A stretch of DNA of 64,000 nt from Clostridia bacterium (GCA_017407225.1 JAFQWY010000044.1:25-64024); one strand, 5' to 3'. Shown: positions 21,298-31,200, counted from the first letter of the stretch. Program-made: numbers and translations. Notes: generated by a model not told the origin, from the sequence alone.

Positions 21298-24288
21298 TTG
21301 ACTGTCCTTACTGAACATATCAGAAATATTGCCGGGAAAATCGCACTCGGCATTGACGTCGGCTCCACGACCGCGAAAATTGCGGTGGTAAAGAACGGCG
21401 AAATCATCCGCCAGACCTACGAACGCCACTTTTCCCGGATCCGTGAGACTCTGGTGAAGATGCTCCGGGATACTGCGGAGCTGCTGGGAGACTCCCCTTT
21501 TACCGCGGCCATCTCCGGTTCCGCCGGACTTGGGCTGGCTCAGGCAACCGATGTTCCCTTCGTGCAGGAGGTGTGGGCAACCAGTCAGGTGATCCAGACC
21601 ATGGATCCCGATGTGTCCACGGTCATCGAGCTGGGCGGAGAGGATGCGAAGATCATCTTCTTCCAGGGCGGCACCGATGAGAGAATGAACGGTACCTGTG
21701 CAGGCGGCACGGGCGCGTTCATTGACCAGATGGCATCCCTCCTTGACGTAACTCCCGACGAGCTGGACGAGCTGGCACTGCAGCATAAGAAGCTGTACCC
21801 CATTGCATCCCGGTGCGGGGTTTTTGCAAAGACCGACGTGCAGCCCCTTCTCAATCAGGGTGCATCCAAAGCGGACGTTGCCGCATCCATCTATCAGGCC
21901 GTGGTGAACCAGACCATTGCCGGATTGGCGCAGGGACGGAAAATCGAGGGCAGAGTCATGTTCCTCGGCGGCCCTCTCTATTTCTGCAAAGGTCTGAGAG
22001 AGCGGTTCACCGATACCCTGAAGCTGACACCCGAGAACGCGGTGTTCCCGGATTATGCGAGAAACGCCGTATCTCTCGGTGCGGCGCTGTACTCCGAAAC
22101 CGCCTGCGGGAGGACCTACACCATTGACGGGCTGATTTCACTGGTGGAAAACGCAAAGATCCGATCCACCTCCACCAGAATGCCGCCCCTGTTTGAAAGC
22201 CAGTACGAATACGACCGGTTTGCCGAGAGACATTCCCGGGCATCCGTCATCGAGAAGCCCATCGAATCCTACTCCGGGAACGCGTGGCTGGGCATCGACT
22301 GCGGCTCCACCACCACGAAGCTGACCCTGATCGGTGAGGACTGCGAGATTCTCTATACTTACTACGACTCCAACCGGGGCAATCCCGTTGCCATCGTGCG
22401 CCATGAGCTGGAAACCATCTACGATAAATGCGGAAGCCGGATCACGGTCTGCGGCGCGGCTGTCACCGGCTACGGCGAAGACCTGATCAGGAACGCATTC
22501 GGCGTGGATCACGGCATCGTGGAAACCATCGCGCACTATACTGCCGCAAAATACTTCCGCCCCGACGTGGATTTCATCCTCGACATCGGCGGACAGGATA
22601 TCAAGTGCTTCAAGATCCGGAACGGAGCCGTTGACCGCATCATGCTCAACGAGGCCTGCTCCTCCGGATGCGGCTCCTTCATCGAAACCTTCGCCCGCTC
22701 CATGCACCTGACTGCGGAACAGTTTGCCAGAAAGGCGCTGTTTGCAGAGTCCCCGGTGAATCTGGGCAGCCGGTGCACGGTGTTCATGAATTCCCAGGTC
22801 AAGCAGTCCCAGAAGGACGGCGCAACCGTGGAGGATATCTCCGCCGGTCTGTCCGTATCCGTGGTGAAGAACGCGATCTATAAAGTAATCCGCGCACATT
22901 CCCCCGATGAGCTGGGTCAGCATATCGTGGTGCAGGGCGGTACCTTCTACAACGATGCGGTTCTCCGCGCCTTCGAGCGTGAAATCGGCGGCGAGGTCAT
23001 CCGTCCCACCATTGCGGGGCTGATGGGTGCCTACGGTGCCGCGCTCTACTCCAAAGACAAATCCGAAACCGAAAAGAACTATAAATCCTCCATTCTTTCT
23101 CCGGCGGAGCTGAAGAATTTCGTCCACACCTCCCGTACCATGACCTGTAAGGGATGCACCAACAACTGCCTGCTGACCGTCAATCAGTTCTCCGGTCACA
23201 GCAGCGGCAGCGCACGGTTCATCTCCGGCAACAAGTGCGAAAAGGGCGCGGGTCTGGCTCATACCACGGAGGATATGCCCAATCTCCACCAGTTCAAGCG
23301 GGATGCACTCCTTGCCGCCTGCCCCTCCGAAAAACCGGAAACTATCGCAAAGCGCGGCATGATCGGGCTGCCCCTGTGCCTCGGAATGTTCGAGCTTCTT
23401 CCCCTGTGGGCGGGCATCTTCGAGACTCTCGGCTTTACCCCCGTTTCCTCCGGGATGTCTTCCCGTGCCACCTACGAAAAGGGTCAGTTCTCCATTCCCT
23501 CCGATACCGCCTGCTACCCGGCAAAGATCATGCACGGACACATCGAAACTCTCGCCGAGATGGGATGCAGAACCATCTTCTATCCCCGTCTCACATGGAA
23601 CGTGAACGAGCATGAAAGCGACAATCACTACAACTGCCCGGTGGTGGCATACTACAGTGAGCTTCTCCGCGGCAATATGGATACCCTCCGGGGCAAGCGG
23701 TTCCTGTACCCCTATCTGGATGTGAATAACCCGAAGGAGCTGGCAAACGGGCTGTTCAGATCCCTGTCAAAGCACTGGCCGGATATGAAAAAGTCCGAGG
23801 TGAAGAAGGCCGTGGACGAAGGATACCGCCGCCTCAACGGGTACATGAAATCCGTCCGGGATGAGGGCGAGAGAGCCGTACAGTGGGCGAGGGATAACGG
23901 AAAGCCCATCATGATTCTGGCCGGCCGTCCCTATCACGCAGACCCCGAAATCGGCCACGGCATCGATAAGCTGGCGCTGTCCCTGGGGTTCGTCGTGGTC
24001 TCCGAAGACGCCGTGTACCATCTGGCGCATACCCCCAAGGTTCAGGTGCTCAATCAGTGGACGTACCACAGCCGCCTGTACCGTGCCGCCGTCTATGCCA
24101 CCCAGAACAGGGACGTTCAGCTGGTTCAGCTGGTCTCCTTCGGATGCGGCGTGGATGCCATCACCACCGACGAAGTCAAGCGCATTCTGGAGGCCGACGG
24201 CAAATACTACACCCAGATCAAGATCGACGAAATCACCAACCTCGGCGCCGTGAAGATCCGCCTCCGCAGCCTTGCAGCGGTAATCTGA
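21298..24288 (+). CDS. CoA-substrate-specific enzyme activase: two BcrAD/BadFG ATPase domains plus a 2-hydroxyacyl-CoA-dehydratase-like (DUF2229) domain
   Basis: Two ASKHA phosphate-1 motifs are present, GIDVGSTTAKIAVV and GIDCGSTTTKLTLI. Then come a Cys-rich linker and the CYPAKIMHGH dehydratase-like region. The likely start is TTG at 21298, 9 nt after GGGAGG; the track opens at TTG 21268. Confidence 0.8.
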   Translation: MTVLTEHIRNIAGKIALGIDVGSTTAKIAVVKNGEIIRQTYERHFSRIRETLVKMLRDTAELLGDSPFTAAISGSAGLGLAQATDVPFVQEVWATSQVIQTMDPDVSTVIELGGEDAKIIFFQGGTDERMNGTCAGGTGAFIDQMASLLDVTPDELDELALQHKKLYPIASRCGVFAKTDVQPLLNQGASKADVAASIYQAVVNQTIAGLAQGRKIEGRVMFLGGPLYFCKGLRERFTDTLKLTPENAVFPDYARNAVSLGAALYSETACGRTYTIDGLISLVENAKIRSTSTRMPPLFESQYEYDRFAERHSRASVIEKPIESYSGNAWLGIDCGSTTTKLTLIGEDCEILYTYYDSNRGNPVAIVRHELETIYDKCGSRITVCGAAVTGYGEDLIRNAFGVDHGIVETIAHYTAAKYFRPDVDFILDIGGQDIKCFKIRNGAVDRIMLNEACSSGCGSFIETFARSMHLTAEQFARKALFAESPVNLGSRCTVFMNSQVKQSQKDGATVEDISAGLSVSVVKNAIYKVIRAHSPDELGQHIVVQGGTFYNDAVLRAFEREIGGEVIRPTIAGLMGAYGAALYSKDKSETEKNYKSSILSPAELKNFVHTSRTMTCKGCTNNCLLTVNQFSGHSSGSARFISGNKCEKGAGLAHTTEDMPNLHQFKRDALLAACPSEKPETIAKRGMIGLPLCLGMFELLPLWAGIFETLGFTPVSSGMSSRATYEKGQFSIPSDTACYPAKIMHGHIETLAEMGCRTIFYPRLTWNVNEHESDNHYNCPVVAYYSELLRGNMDTLRGKRFLYPYLDVNNPKELANGLFRSLSKHWPDMKKSEVKKAVDEGYRRLNGYMKSVRDEGERAVQWARDNGKPIMILAGRPYHADPEIGHGIDKLALSLGFVVVSEDAVYHLAHTPKVQVLNQWTYHSRLYRAAVYATQNRDVQLVQLVSFGCGVDAITTDEVKRILEADGKYYTQIKIDEITNLGAVKIRLRSLAAVI

Positions 24289-24293
24289 TTTCC

Positions 24294-24319
24294 GGGACGT
24301 CGGGGGCGCCGTCCCCTAC
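24294..24319 (-). repeat. Solo REP (GGGACGTCGGGGGCGCCGTCCCCTAC)
   Basis: On the + strand it reads identically to the 1177-1302 units as read on the RAYT coding strand (i.e. their reverse complement), and it matches the third unit of the 1465-1538 array except at one position. It starts 6 nt after the activase stop. Confidence 0.9.
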
Positions 24320-24329
24320 CGTGATTGAA

Positions 24330-24619
24330 AATTATCCTGCCCTCTGTAAATCTACGGCAACAATTCCCGCCTCGCGCAAAGCGCGTTCCCTTAGGGAAGC
24401 AGTTCAGTGATGCTATACGGTCGAAGATAGAGTAATGCTTTAAGCCAAACGAGCGAACGAGCACTGTTCACCTTCGGTGAAAGTGGAGCGAACTGAAAAG
24501 GGAGAAGCCGAAGAACCGCAGGTTCGCGGGGCCATGGTTCATAGGATCTGCGGCCTGAGCGATCCTATGCGCCCTCCGCGCAGGAGAGAAAAATCCAATC
24601 GAAAATGCGGAGCATTTTC
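24330..24619 (-). repeat. Copy C of the structured intergenic repeat family
   Basis: GGGAGAAGCCGAAGAACCGCAGGTTCGCGGGGCC is nearly identical to 6890-6923. It has hairpins CATAGGATC/GATCCTATG (24540-24569) and GAAAATGC/GCATTTTC (24601-24619). Confidence 0.8.
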
Positions 24620-24663
24620 AACAACATTCCCCAACCGTGAAGTCTGCACGGATTCACTGCTGA

Positions 24664-24705
24664 AAGAATAAAGAAGATAGAACAAATCATAAAGAATAAA
24701 GCAAA
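24664..24705 (+). repeat. Degenerate purine-rich heptad array (AAGAATA AAGAAGA TAGAACA AATCATA AAGAATA AAGCAAA)
   Basis: It has 7-nt periodicity and lies immediately upstream of the 24717 start. Confidence 0.6.
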
Positions 24706-24716
24706 GGAAACCGCCC

Positions 24717-25967
24717 ATGCCTTACGTTCCTTTCACAAAGGAGATGAAGGAAACCCACACCATCCTCATCCCCAATATGCTGCCCATCCACTTCAAGCTG
24801 GTCAGCCGTATTTTGAATAACTTCGGATACAAAACCGAACTTCTCACCACCACCAATGCATCCATCGCGGAAACCGGACTGAAATACGTCCATAACGATA
24901 CCTGCTATCCCGCCATCCTCGTTATCGGACAGATGCTGGAAGCGCTCATGTCCGGGAAATACGATACCAAAAAGTGCGCGCTGATGCTGTTCCAGACCGG
25001 CGGCGGATGCCGTGCTTCCAATTACGTCTCCCTCATGCGGAAGGCTCTGGAAAACGCCGGGATGCCATACGTTCCCGTGCTTCCTCTGGGTCTGGCGGGC
25101 ATCGAAAAGCACCCCGGATTCGAAAACTCCATCCCCATGTACCACCGCATGGTCTATGCCGTTCTCTACGGAGATCTGCTCATGTCCCTTGCCCATCAGG
25201 TGCGCCCCTACGAAATCACAAAGGGAGACGCCGATGCCCTGTGCGACAGGTGGGTGGACCGTCTTGACAGGGAGCTGCAGCATAAGACCATCAATTACGC
25301 GAAAATCAAAAAGAACTACGACGAGATCATCCGGGACTTTGCCGCCGTGCCCAGAGAAAAGCGGGAAGCTGTCAGAGTCGGCATCGTCGGCGAGATTTAT
25401 GTGAAATTCTCCCCCCTCGGCAACAACAATCTGGAAAAATTCCTGGTCAGCGAGGGCGCGGAAGTGGTTCTCCCCGGTCTGGCGGACTTCTTCAACTACT
25501 GCCTGTACAACGGCGTCGTGGACTACCAGCTCTACGGCAAGGGCAAGTTCAGCCATGTGCTGAATCAGATCGGCTTCGACTTCATCTGCGGAAAGCAGAA
25601 GGACCAGATCGCCGCCATCGAAAAGGAAGGTACCTTCCGTGCCATGACTCCCTTCTCCCATACCGTGGAGCTTGCCAAGGGCTATATCGGTTACGGCACC
25701 AAGATGGGCGAAGGATGGCTCCTGACTGCGGAGATGATCGAGCTTGCCGAATCCGGCGTGAAGAACATTGTCTGCACCCAGCCCTTCGGATGCCTGCCCA
25801 ACCACATCTGCGGCAAGGGCATGATGAAGCCCATCAAGGAAAAAATCCCCGGGGTCAACATCGTCGCCATCGACTACGACGCAGGCGCATCTGCGGTCAA
25901 TCAGGAAAACCGCCTGAAGCTGATGCTGGCCGCCGCACGAAGAAACCTGGAACTGTCTGCGGAATAA
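24717..25967 (+). CDS. 2-hydroxyacyl-CoA dehydratase-family / activase-associated (DUF2229-like) protein
   Basis: HNDTCYPAILVIGQMLEAL, FQTGGGCRASNY and QPFGCLPNH are motifs typical of this family. It lies directly after the activase gene. Confidence 0.75.
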   Translation: MPYVPFTKEMKETHTILIPNMLPIHFKLVSRILNNFGYKTELLTTTNASIAETGLKYVHNDTCYPAILVIGQMLEALMSGKYDTKKCALMLFQTGGGCRASNYVSLMRKALENAGMPYVPVLPLGLAGIEKHPGFENSIPMYHRMVYAVLYGDLLMSLAHQVRPYEITKGDADALCDRWVDRLDRELQHKTINYAKIKKNYDEIIRDFAAVPREKREAVRVGIVGEIYVKFSPLGNNNLEKFLVSEGAEVVLPGLADFFNYCLYNGVVDYQLYGKGKFSHVLNQIGFDFICGKQKDQIAAIEKEGTFRAMTPFSHTVELAKGYIGYGTKMGEGWLLTAEMIELAESGVKNIVCTQPFGCLPNHICGKGMMKPIKEKIPGVNIVAIDYDAGASAVNQENRLKLMLAAARRNLELSAE

Positions 25968-25976
25968 GGAGGCATT

Positions 25977-26939
25977 ATGTCCATCGGATCATTGATCTCC
26001 ACCATTGCCACCCTCGCCATGCTCCTCGTCATCGGCTACGGTGCAGGCAAGCTGAAATACGTGGACGAAGTCTCCACCGAGCGGCTGTCCACGCTGATTG
26101 TGAAAATCGGTCAGCCCTTCCTCATCATCAACGGGCTCATCAGTCAGGAGTATTCGAGAGAAAACCTCATGACCGGGCTGAAAATTCTCCTTCTCGGTCT
26201 GTGCATGCACGCCTTCATGGCGCTGATTGCCTGGCTGTGCGCCCGTCCCATCAAGCCCTTCGATGAGAGAAAGCTGTCGGAATACTCCATGTTCCTCGCC
26301 AACTGCGGATTCATCGGATTCCCCATCGTGGAAACCCTGTTCGGGAAGGAGGGGCTGTTCTACGGCGCCTTCTACATCGTCAGCTTCCATCTGTTCGTGT
26401 GGACATGGGGCGTGATGATCCTTGCACGGAAGCGGGAGGACATCAAACTGACTCCGAAGAAGATCATCTTCAATTTCGGCACCATGCCCTGCCTCATCGG
26501 ATTTGTGCTGTATGCTGCCAATATCCCCCTGCCGGATTTCGGCTATCAGCTGGCGTCCTATCTTGCGGCAATCTGCACACCCATCTCCATCATCATCAGC
26601 GGTGCCAATATCGCGCGCCGGAGCCTGAAGACGATGCTCACCAATAAGAACGTGTACGCGGTGAATCTGGTGAAGCTCCTCGTCATGCCCCTGTGCGTGT
26701 CCGTGCTGCTGTGGGCGCTGGGGCTGCCGGATTACATGATCGTGTTTGCGGCGGTAATGGCTGCCATGCCATGCCCTGCGGTTGTCACCATGTTCGGCGA
26801 GCTGTACCGGATCACTCCCGGATACGCCGCGGAGCTTGTGGGATCGTCCACGATTTTCTGCACCTTCACGATCCTGCCCGCGGTCACTTTTGCCCAGTTC
26901 CTCGCCGCACATCCGCTGGCGGTGCTGATAGCACACTGA
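25977..26939 (+). CDS. AEC (auxin efflux carrier) family transporter
   Basis: A 320-aa protein with about 10 hydrophobic segments. The N-terminus LLVIGYGAGKLKYVDEVSTERLSTLIVKIGQPFLI is typical of the Mem_trans family. Confidence 0.75.
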   Translation: MSIGSLISTIATLAMLLVIGYGAGKLKYVDEVSTERLSTLIVKIGQPFLIINGLISQEYSRENLMTGLKILLLGLCMHAFMALIAWLCARPIKPFDERKLSEYSMFLANCGFIGFPIVETLFGKEGLFYGAFYIVSFHLFVWTWGVMILARKREDIKLTPKKIIFNFGTMPCLIGFVLYAANIPLPDFGYQLASYLAAICTPISIIISGANIARRSLKTMLTNKNVYAVNLVKLLVMPLCVSVLLWALGLPDYMIVFAAVMAAMPCPAVVTMFGELYRITPGYAAELVGSSTIFCTFTILPAVTFAQFLAAHPLAVLIAH

Positions 26940-27084
26940 TCGGATAAATACCAGAAACTGTCTCGGTTCATTCGGAATCGGGACAGTTTTTTTGTGCAGA
27001 TTTTTGGATTTCTTTGGATTTCCGTTGCAATTTTCGTGAGAATCCGCTATAATGGAATCACCAAAACAGAACGGAGGACTGCTT

Positions 27085-27822
27085 ATGCAGGGAGAGAGCT
27101 ACATCACCATCGCCGGGGACTGCATCCGGAAGGCGTGGGATTCCCAGCGGGATACTATCGCAGAGGCCGCCGGATGGATCGCGGAAACCATCGGGCAGAA
27201 AAACAACGTGTTCGTGTTCGGATGCTCCCATGCCGGCATCATTGCGGAGGAGGTATTCTACCGCACCGGAGGACTGGCGGTCATCAACCCCATTTTCTTC
27301 CCCGGATTCATGCTCAACACCCGCCCCATCACCATGACCAGTTCGCTGGAGAGAGTGTCCGGGATCGGCAAGACCCTCCTCAGCCAGAATCATGTGAGTG
27401 AGGGCGACCTCCTCATCGTGCATTCGGTATCGGGACGGAATACGGTGCCGGTGGAAATGGCGGAGGAAGCGAAAAAACTGGGGGCGCGGACGGTGTGCAT
27501 CACCAATCTCAACTACTCCCGGGCAGTCAGCTCCCGTCATCCGTCGGGGAAAAGACTGTTCGAGGTGTCGGATCTTGTGATTGACAACTGCGGCGACTTC
27601 GGGGATGCGGCGGTTCAGCTGGACGGACTTCCCGAAAAGATCGGTGCAACCTCTACCGTAGTGGGCGCGGCGCTGATCAACGCCATCGTCATCGACGCGG
27701 TGGAGAAAATGATCGCCGACGGCATTGTTCCGCCGGTGTTCATGAGCGCCAACATCGACGGCGGCGACGAACACAACGCAAAAATTTTTGAAGAATACCG
27801 GGACAATATTTTCTATATGTAA
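27085..27822 (+). CDS. SIS-domain protein (UPF0309-like)
   Basis: The start MQGESY has GGAGG 7 nt upstream. VFVFGCSHAGIIAEEVFYRTGGLAVINPI and LIVHSVSGRNTVPVEMA match the UPF0309/SIS pattern. Confidence 0.75.
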   Translation: MQGESYITIAGDCIRKAWDSQRDTIAEAAGWIAETIGQKNNVFVFGCSHAGIIAEEVFYRTGGLAVINPIFFPGFMLNTRPITMTSSLERVSGIGKTLLSQNHVSEGDLLIVHSVSGRNTVPVEMAEEAKKLGARTVCITNLNYSRAVSSRHPSGKRLFEVSDLVIDNCGDFGDAAVQLDGLPEKIGATSTVVGAALINAIVIDAVEKMIADGIVPPVFMSANIDGGDEHNAKIFEEYRDNIFYM

Positions 27823-27903
27823 TGTGTGAATGATACCGTGCATCGGTCAGGATGTGCGGCTGCATTCACACCCAAAATATATCTGGAAAAGGAGGTACTT
27901 CCA

Positions 27904-28896
27904 ATGGAAAAATACCATCTTGCGTTTGACTCCGGCGGTTCCAAGGTGCTGGGCATCTTATATAATGAAGAGTTTCAGCCAATCCGCGCCGTGAGAACGG
28001 GAAGCCTCAGATCCAACACAACAACGGAAGACAGAATCCGGACGAATATCGCCGATATCATCGATACTCTTGAGCTGCCCGGAATGCACATCGGCAGAGT
28101 CTCCGGCATCGTGGACTGCGGTCTGCTCCATGAGGAAATCCGGAAAGTCTGCACCGTGGACGAGACCGTGGGATGCGGCGAATTTGCGGCAGGAATGTGG
28201 GCGGCGGAGATTTTCGGCGACGGAATCCTTGCCCTGTCCGGGACGGGTGCCACTTTGTTTGCGCGGCACAACGGACGGGGATACGGCACCGGCGGCTACG
28301 GTGCGGCGGTTTCCGATGAAGGAAGCGGCTACTGGGTGGCACGGGAGGCGTTCAATGCGGCGATTCTGGACGATCAGGAACGGGGTGAGCGAACCCTCCT
28401 GACCGATCTGATCGCGGAGCACTTCGGACTGACCCGCCCGGACTTCCACGATGCGGTGTTCCGGGTTTATTATCAGGAGCGGCTGTCCCCGGTGGCGTGC
28501 GTTGCCTCCTGTGCCCCTCTGGTTTCCCGTGCGGCGGAAGCAGGGGACGGAATTGCCATGGACATTCTCGGACGAGCCGGACGGGGGCTTGCCGAGCAGG
28601 TACTGTATCTTGTCCGGAAGAACGATCTGCCGAAGGATCTGCCGGTTGCGATATCCGGGAGCGTGTGGAGATCCCACCGGATTCTGTATGATACCTTCCG
28701 GGGGATCCTCCGGGACGGCGGCATGACCGCGAAGGTGAAAATCCCCCTGTTCGAGCCCATCGTGGGCGTCATCATCGGACACCGGATCGCGGAAAACGGC
28801 ACCTTCGGCGAAAAAGAACGAAAGGAATTCACAGACCGGTTTTCTGAATACCGGTTTGCAATACAACAGGAACAAAAGGAGAGTTTCCCATGTTAA
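27904..28896 (+). CDS. BadF/BadG/BcrA/BcrD-type ATPase (N-acetylglucosamine-kinase-like sugar kinase)
   Basis: The start MEKYHLAFDSGGSKV is an ASKHA phosphate-1 motif, with an AAGGAGG RBS. LSGTGATLFA and SDEGSGYWVAREA are typical of this family. Confidence 0.75.
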   Translation: MEKYHLAFDSGGSKVLGILYNEEFQPIRAVRTGSLRSNTTTEDRIRTNIADIIDTLELPGMHIGRVSGIVDCGLLHEEIRKVCTVDETVGCGEFAAGMWAAEIFGDGILALSGTGATLFARHNGRGYGTGGYGAAVSDEGSGYWVAREAFNAAILDDQERGERTLLTDLIAEHFGLTRPDFHDAVFRVYYQERLSPVACVASCAPLVSRAAEAGDGIAMDILGRAGRGLAEQVLYLVRKNDLPKDLPVAISGSVWRSHRILYDTFRGILRDGGMTAKVKIPLFEPIVGVIIGHRIAENGTFGEKERKEFTDRFSEYRFAIQQEQKESFPC

Positions 28897-29624
28897 TGCA
28901 TCGTTATCAGCAGGCAGTGGACGAGCTGCTGGCAAAAGTGCGCGAAACCCAGACCGAAAACATCATCAAAGCCGGAAAGCTCATCGCGGACACCGTGGCA
29001 TCGAAGCACAAAATCTGGCTGGGCAGCATCTGCCACAGCATCGAGCAGGATCTTCTGACACGCGGCGGCGGACCCCTGTTCTACCGTCCCTTCAGCTACA
29101 ACAGCGCACAGCCCGCAGGAACGGACGCGGATACATCCGCCGACGAATCCGTGGAACCGAATGTGCGCGCGGCGAGAAATGCTCTCATCAACGGCGGCGT
29201 GAAGCCCGGGGATCTTCTGGTGCTCAGCTCCGTGTCCGGCAGAACCCGTCATGTGGTGGATCTTGCGTGGGAAGCCATGGCGCAGGGTGTTACCGTCATC
29301 GCGTTCACAAGCATGAGCTACGCGAAAGAGGTGGATCCCGTCCATCCCTCTGGCAAAAAGCTGTACGAATTCGTCACCATGGCGGTGGACAACTGCGCAC
29401 CTGCAGCGGAAGCCATGCTGGAAGTGGAAGGCATCGAAGCCAGATTCGCGGCGGCATCGGGGATTGCATCCGACTACATCATGTGGAACATCACATCCTG
29501 TGCCGTGGAAGAGCTGCTGGCAAGAGGCATCACCCCCGGCATCTACAAGAGCGCCAACTATCCCGGCGGCGCGGACTACAACAACAATATCCTCACCCCC
29601 AACTACGAAAAGAACGGTTGGTAA
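28890..29624 (+). CDS. Divergent SIS-domain protein (second UPF0309-like paralogue)
   Basis: LVLSSVSGRTRHVVDLA and HPSGKKLYEF parallel the motifs HSVSGRNTVPVEMA and HPSGKRLFEV of 27085..27822. It overlaps the kinase stop by 7 nt. Confidence 0.7.
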   Translation: MLMHRYQQAVDELLAKVRETQTENIIKAGKLIADTVASKHKIWLGSICHSIEQDLLTRGGGPLFYRPFSYNSAQPAGTDADTSADESVEPNVRAARNALINGGVKPGDLLVLSSVSGRTRHVVDLAWEAMAQGVTVIAFTSMSYAKEVDPVHPSGKKLYEFVTMAVDNCAPAAEAMLEVEGIEARFAAASGIASDYIMWNITSCAVEELLARGITPGIYKSANYPGGADYNNNILTPNYEKNGW

Positions 29625-29691
29625 CTGAATCAGAAGGGGCATTGTAAGCAGAAATTTTCTCGGCAAAATGCAAACGAAGATAAACAAAATT

Positions 29692-29788
29692 GTAGGGGAC
29701 GGCGCCCACGACGTCCCGTTGCGTTGAATTAAGATGTGTTATATATCTGTAATTCTTCGTTTCGGGACGTCGGGGCGCCGTCCCCTAC
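29692..29788. repeat. REPIN-like doublet: forward REP (29692-29717), 46-nt spacer, inverted REP (29764-29788)
   Basis: GTAGGGGACGGCGCCCACGACGTCCC ... GGGACGTCGGGGCGCCGTCCCCTAC. This is the same core as inside the RAYT gene. Confidence 0.9.
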
Positions 29789-29944
29789 CCTTATTTTATG
29801 CATTTTCGCCTTAATGCGACACGCCCTTTTTCCGTTTCCATGATTTTTAAGAAAAATTTCTGCGCCCCGGTCAGATCTGTCACAAAAGCCCCGTTTTTTC
29901 CGTCTAAGGGGTGAAGATCTTCAAATCATAAAGGAGCCGAGACC

Positions 29945-30433
29945 ATGTTTGATGCACAAGCCCTGCTGAGCGGTGACGAAAACGCTCTCGCCGGTGCCGT
30001 GGATGCCCTGTCTCCGGAGCTGTACCGGTATGCGGCGGGGATTCTGCTGAACCGCCACGATGCGGAGGATGCGGTGCAGTGCGCGTTCGCTTCCCTGTGG
30101 CAGCACCGGGAATCCGTGAAAAATCCCGATGCCGTCCGGGCGTATCTCTACCGGTGTACCTACCGGGCCGCGGTGGATATCATCCGGAAAAACCGTCTGT
30201 ATATTCCCGTTCTCAGGCAGGAGGAAAAAGCGCCCCTGTCGGAGGAAATGTGCGCCGCGCTCTCGAAGCTGTCCCCGGTTGAGAGGGCAATCGTTTATGA
30301 GCGCGCCGTGACGGAAACACCCTACGGGGAACTGGCGGAGCATCTGGGACTGAGAGAGGACAACGTGCGGAAGAAATACGAGCGTGCAAGGAAGAAACTG
30401 GCCGCGGCTCTGAAAAAAGGAGGCGAAATCTGA
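29945..30433 (+). CDS. ECF-type RNA polymerase sigma-70 family factor
   Basis: A 162-aa protein. Region 2 is HDAEDAVQCAFASLWQH and region 4 is LSPVERAIVYERAVTETPYGELAEHLGLREDNVRKKYERARKKL. Confidence 0.85.
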   Translation: MFDAQALLSGDENALAGAVDALSPELYRYAAGILLNRHDAEDAVQCAFASLWQHRESVKNPDAVRAYLYRCTYRAAVDIIRKNRLYIPVLRQEEKAPLSEEMCAALSKLSPVERAIVYERAVTETPYGELAEHLGLREDNVRKKYERARKKLAAALKKGGEI

Positions 30434-31200
30434 TGGAAAACAGACTGAAGGAAGAGTTTCTGAAGATGGAGATCCCTGATATGAAGGAGGATATCATGAA
30501 AAACGTGAAAAAAGAAAACGCCCCCCGTGAGAGAAGACGGATCCGCCCCGCTGCCGTGATCGTGATGGCGGCGCTGGTTGTGGTGCTTGCCGTGACGGTC
30601 GGCGCCGCGGCAGGAGGAATGCTGAAGCTGAACCGGGGCGGGAAGATTCTTCTGAATGTGAACGGGGTGGTTGTAAATCCCACCGGTTTTCATCTGGAAG
30701 GAGATGTGAATGTTCCCCTGAGCGAAAAAGCACTGGAAAATATCCGTTCCTATGTTTCTTCAGCCAGACCGGGAGAAGTGAGCAGAAATTTTGAGACGGA
30801 CGACCGTTCCGTGATGGAAGATTTTCTCGATATGCCGCTGGTTCTGCCCCGGAGTCTTGCAGATGAAGCGAATCTGTACCGGCTGTGGGCGAGCGGGGAG
30901 AACGGAGAAGCGGTGTCCATCAGCGTACAGATCGGTACGCCGGGCGATGCGGATGTGATGACGGTTTATCTGAGGGACTTCCCCCGCGTGGTCGGAACCG
31001 CGAGTGAGCCGGATATGGAACAGGCATCCCTCCCCGACGGAACACCCGTGAGCATTGCGGTGGCCGAGAGCAGAAAAGGCGGACTGGTTGCCCATGCGCT
31101 TTACCGGAAAAACGAAGCCGTGTATCACCTGACTGTGACCGGAGAGAACAAAAAGGATCTTCTTGCCGATGTCCGTGCGGTGCTGAGTACGGTGGAATAA
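30433..31200 (+). CDS. Putative single-pass anti-sigma factor or membrane protein
   Basis: The start overlaps the sigma stop (TGATG). One TM segment (AAVIVMAALVVVLAVTVGAAA) follows a charged N-terminal region. Confidence 0.6.
   Translation: MENRLKEEFLKMEIPDMKEDIMKNVKKENAPRERRRIRPAAVIVMAALVVVLAVTVGAAAGGMLKLNRGGKILLNVNGVVVNPTGFHLEGDVNVPLSEKALENIRSYVSSARPGEVSRNFETDDRSVMEDFLDMPLVLPRSLADEANLYRLWASGENGEAVSISVQIGTPGDADVMTVYLRDFPRVVGTASEPDMEQASLPDGTPVSIAVAESRKGGLVAHALYRKNEAVYHLTVTGENKKDLLADVRAVLSTVE

Noticed and set aside
29878-29906. A possible autoregulated ECF-type promoter (TGTCAC-17 nt-CGTCTA) upstream of the sigma factor gene
   Set aside because: The match to generic ECF -35 (GAAC-like) and -10 (CGTC) motifs is partial. 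I cannot distinguish it from chance without the cognate consensus, so it is not listed as a feature.
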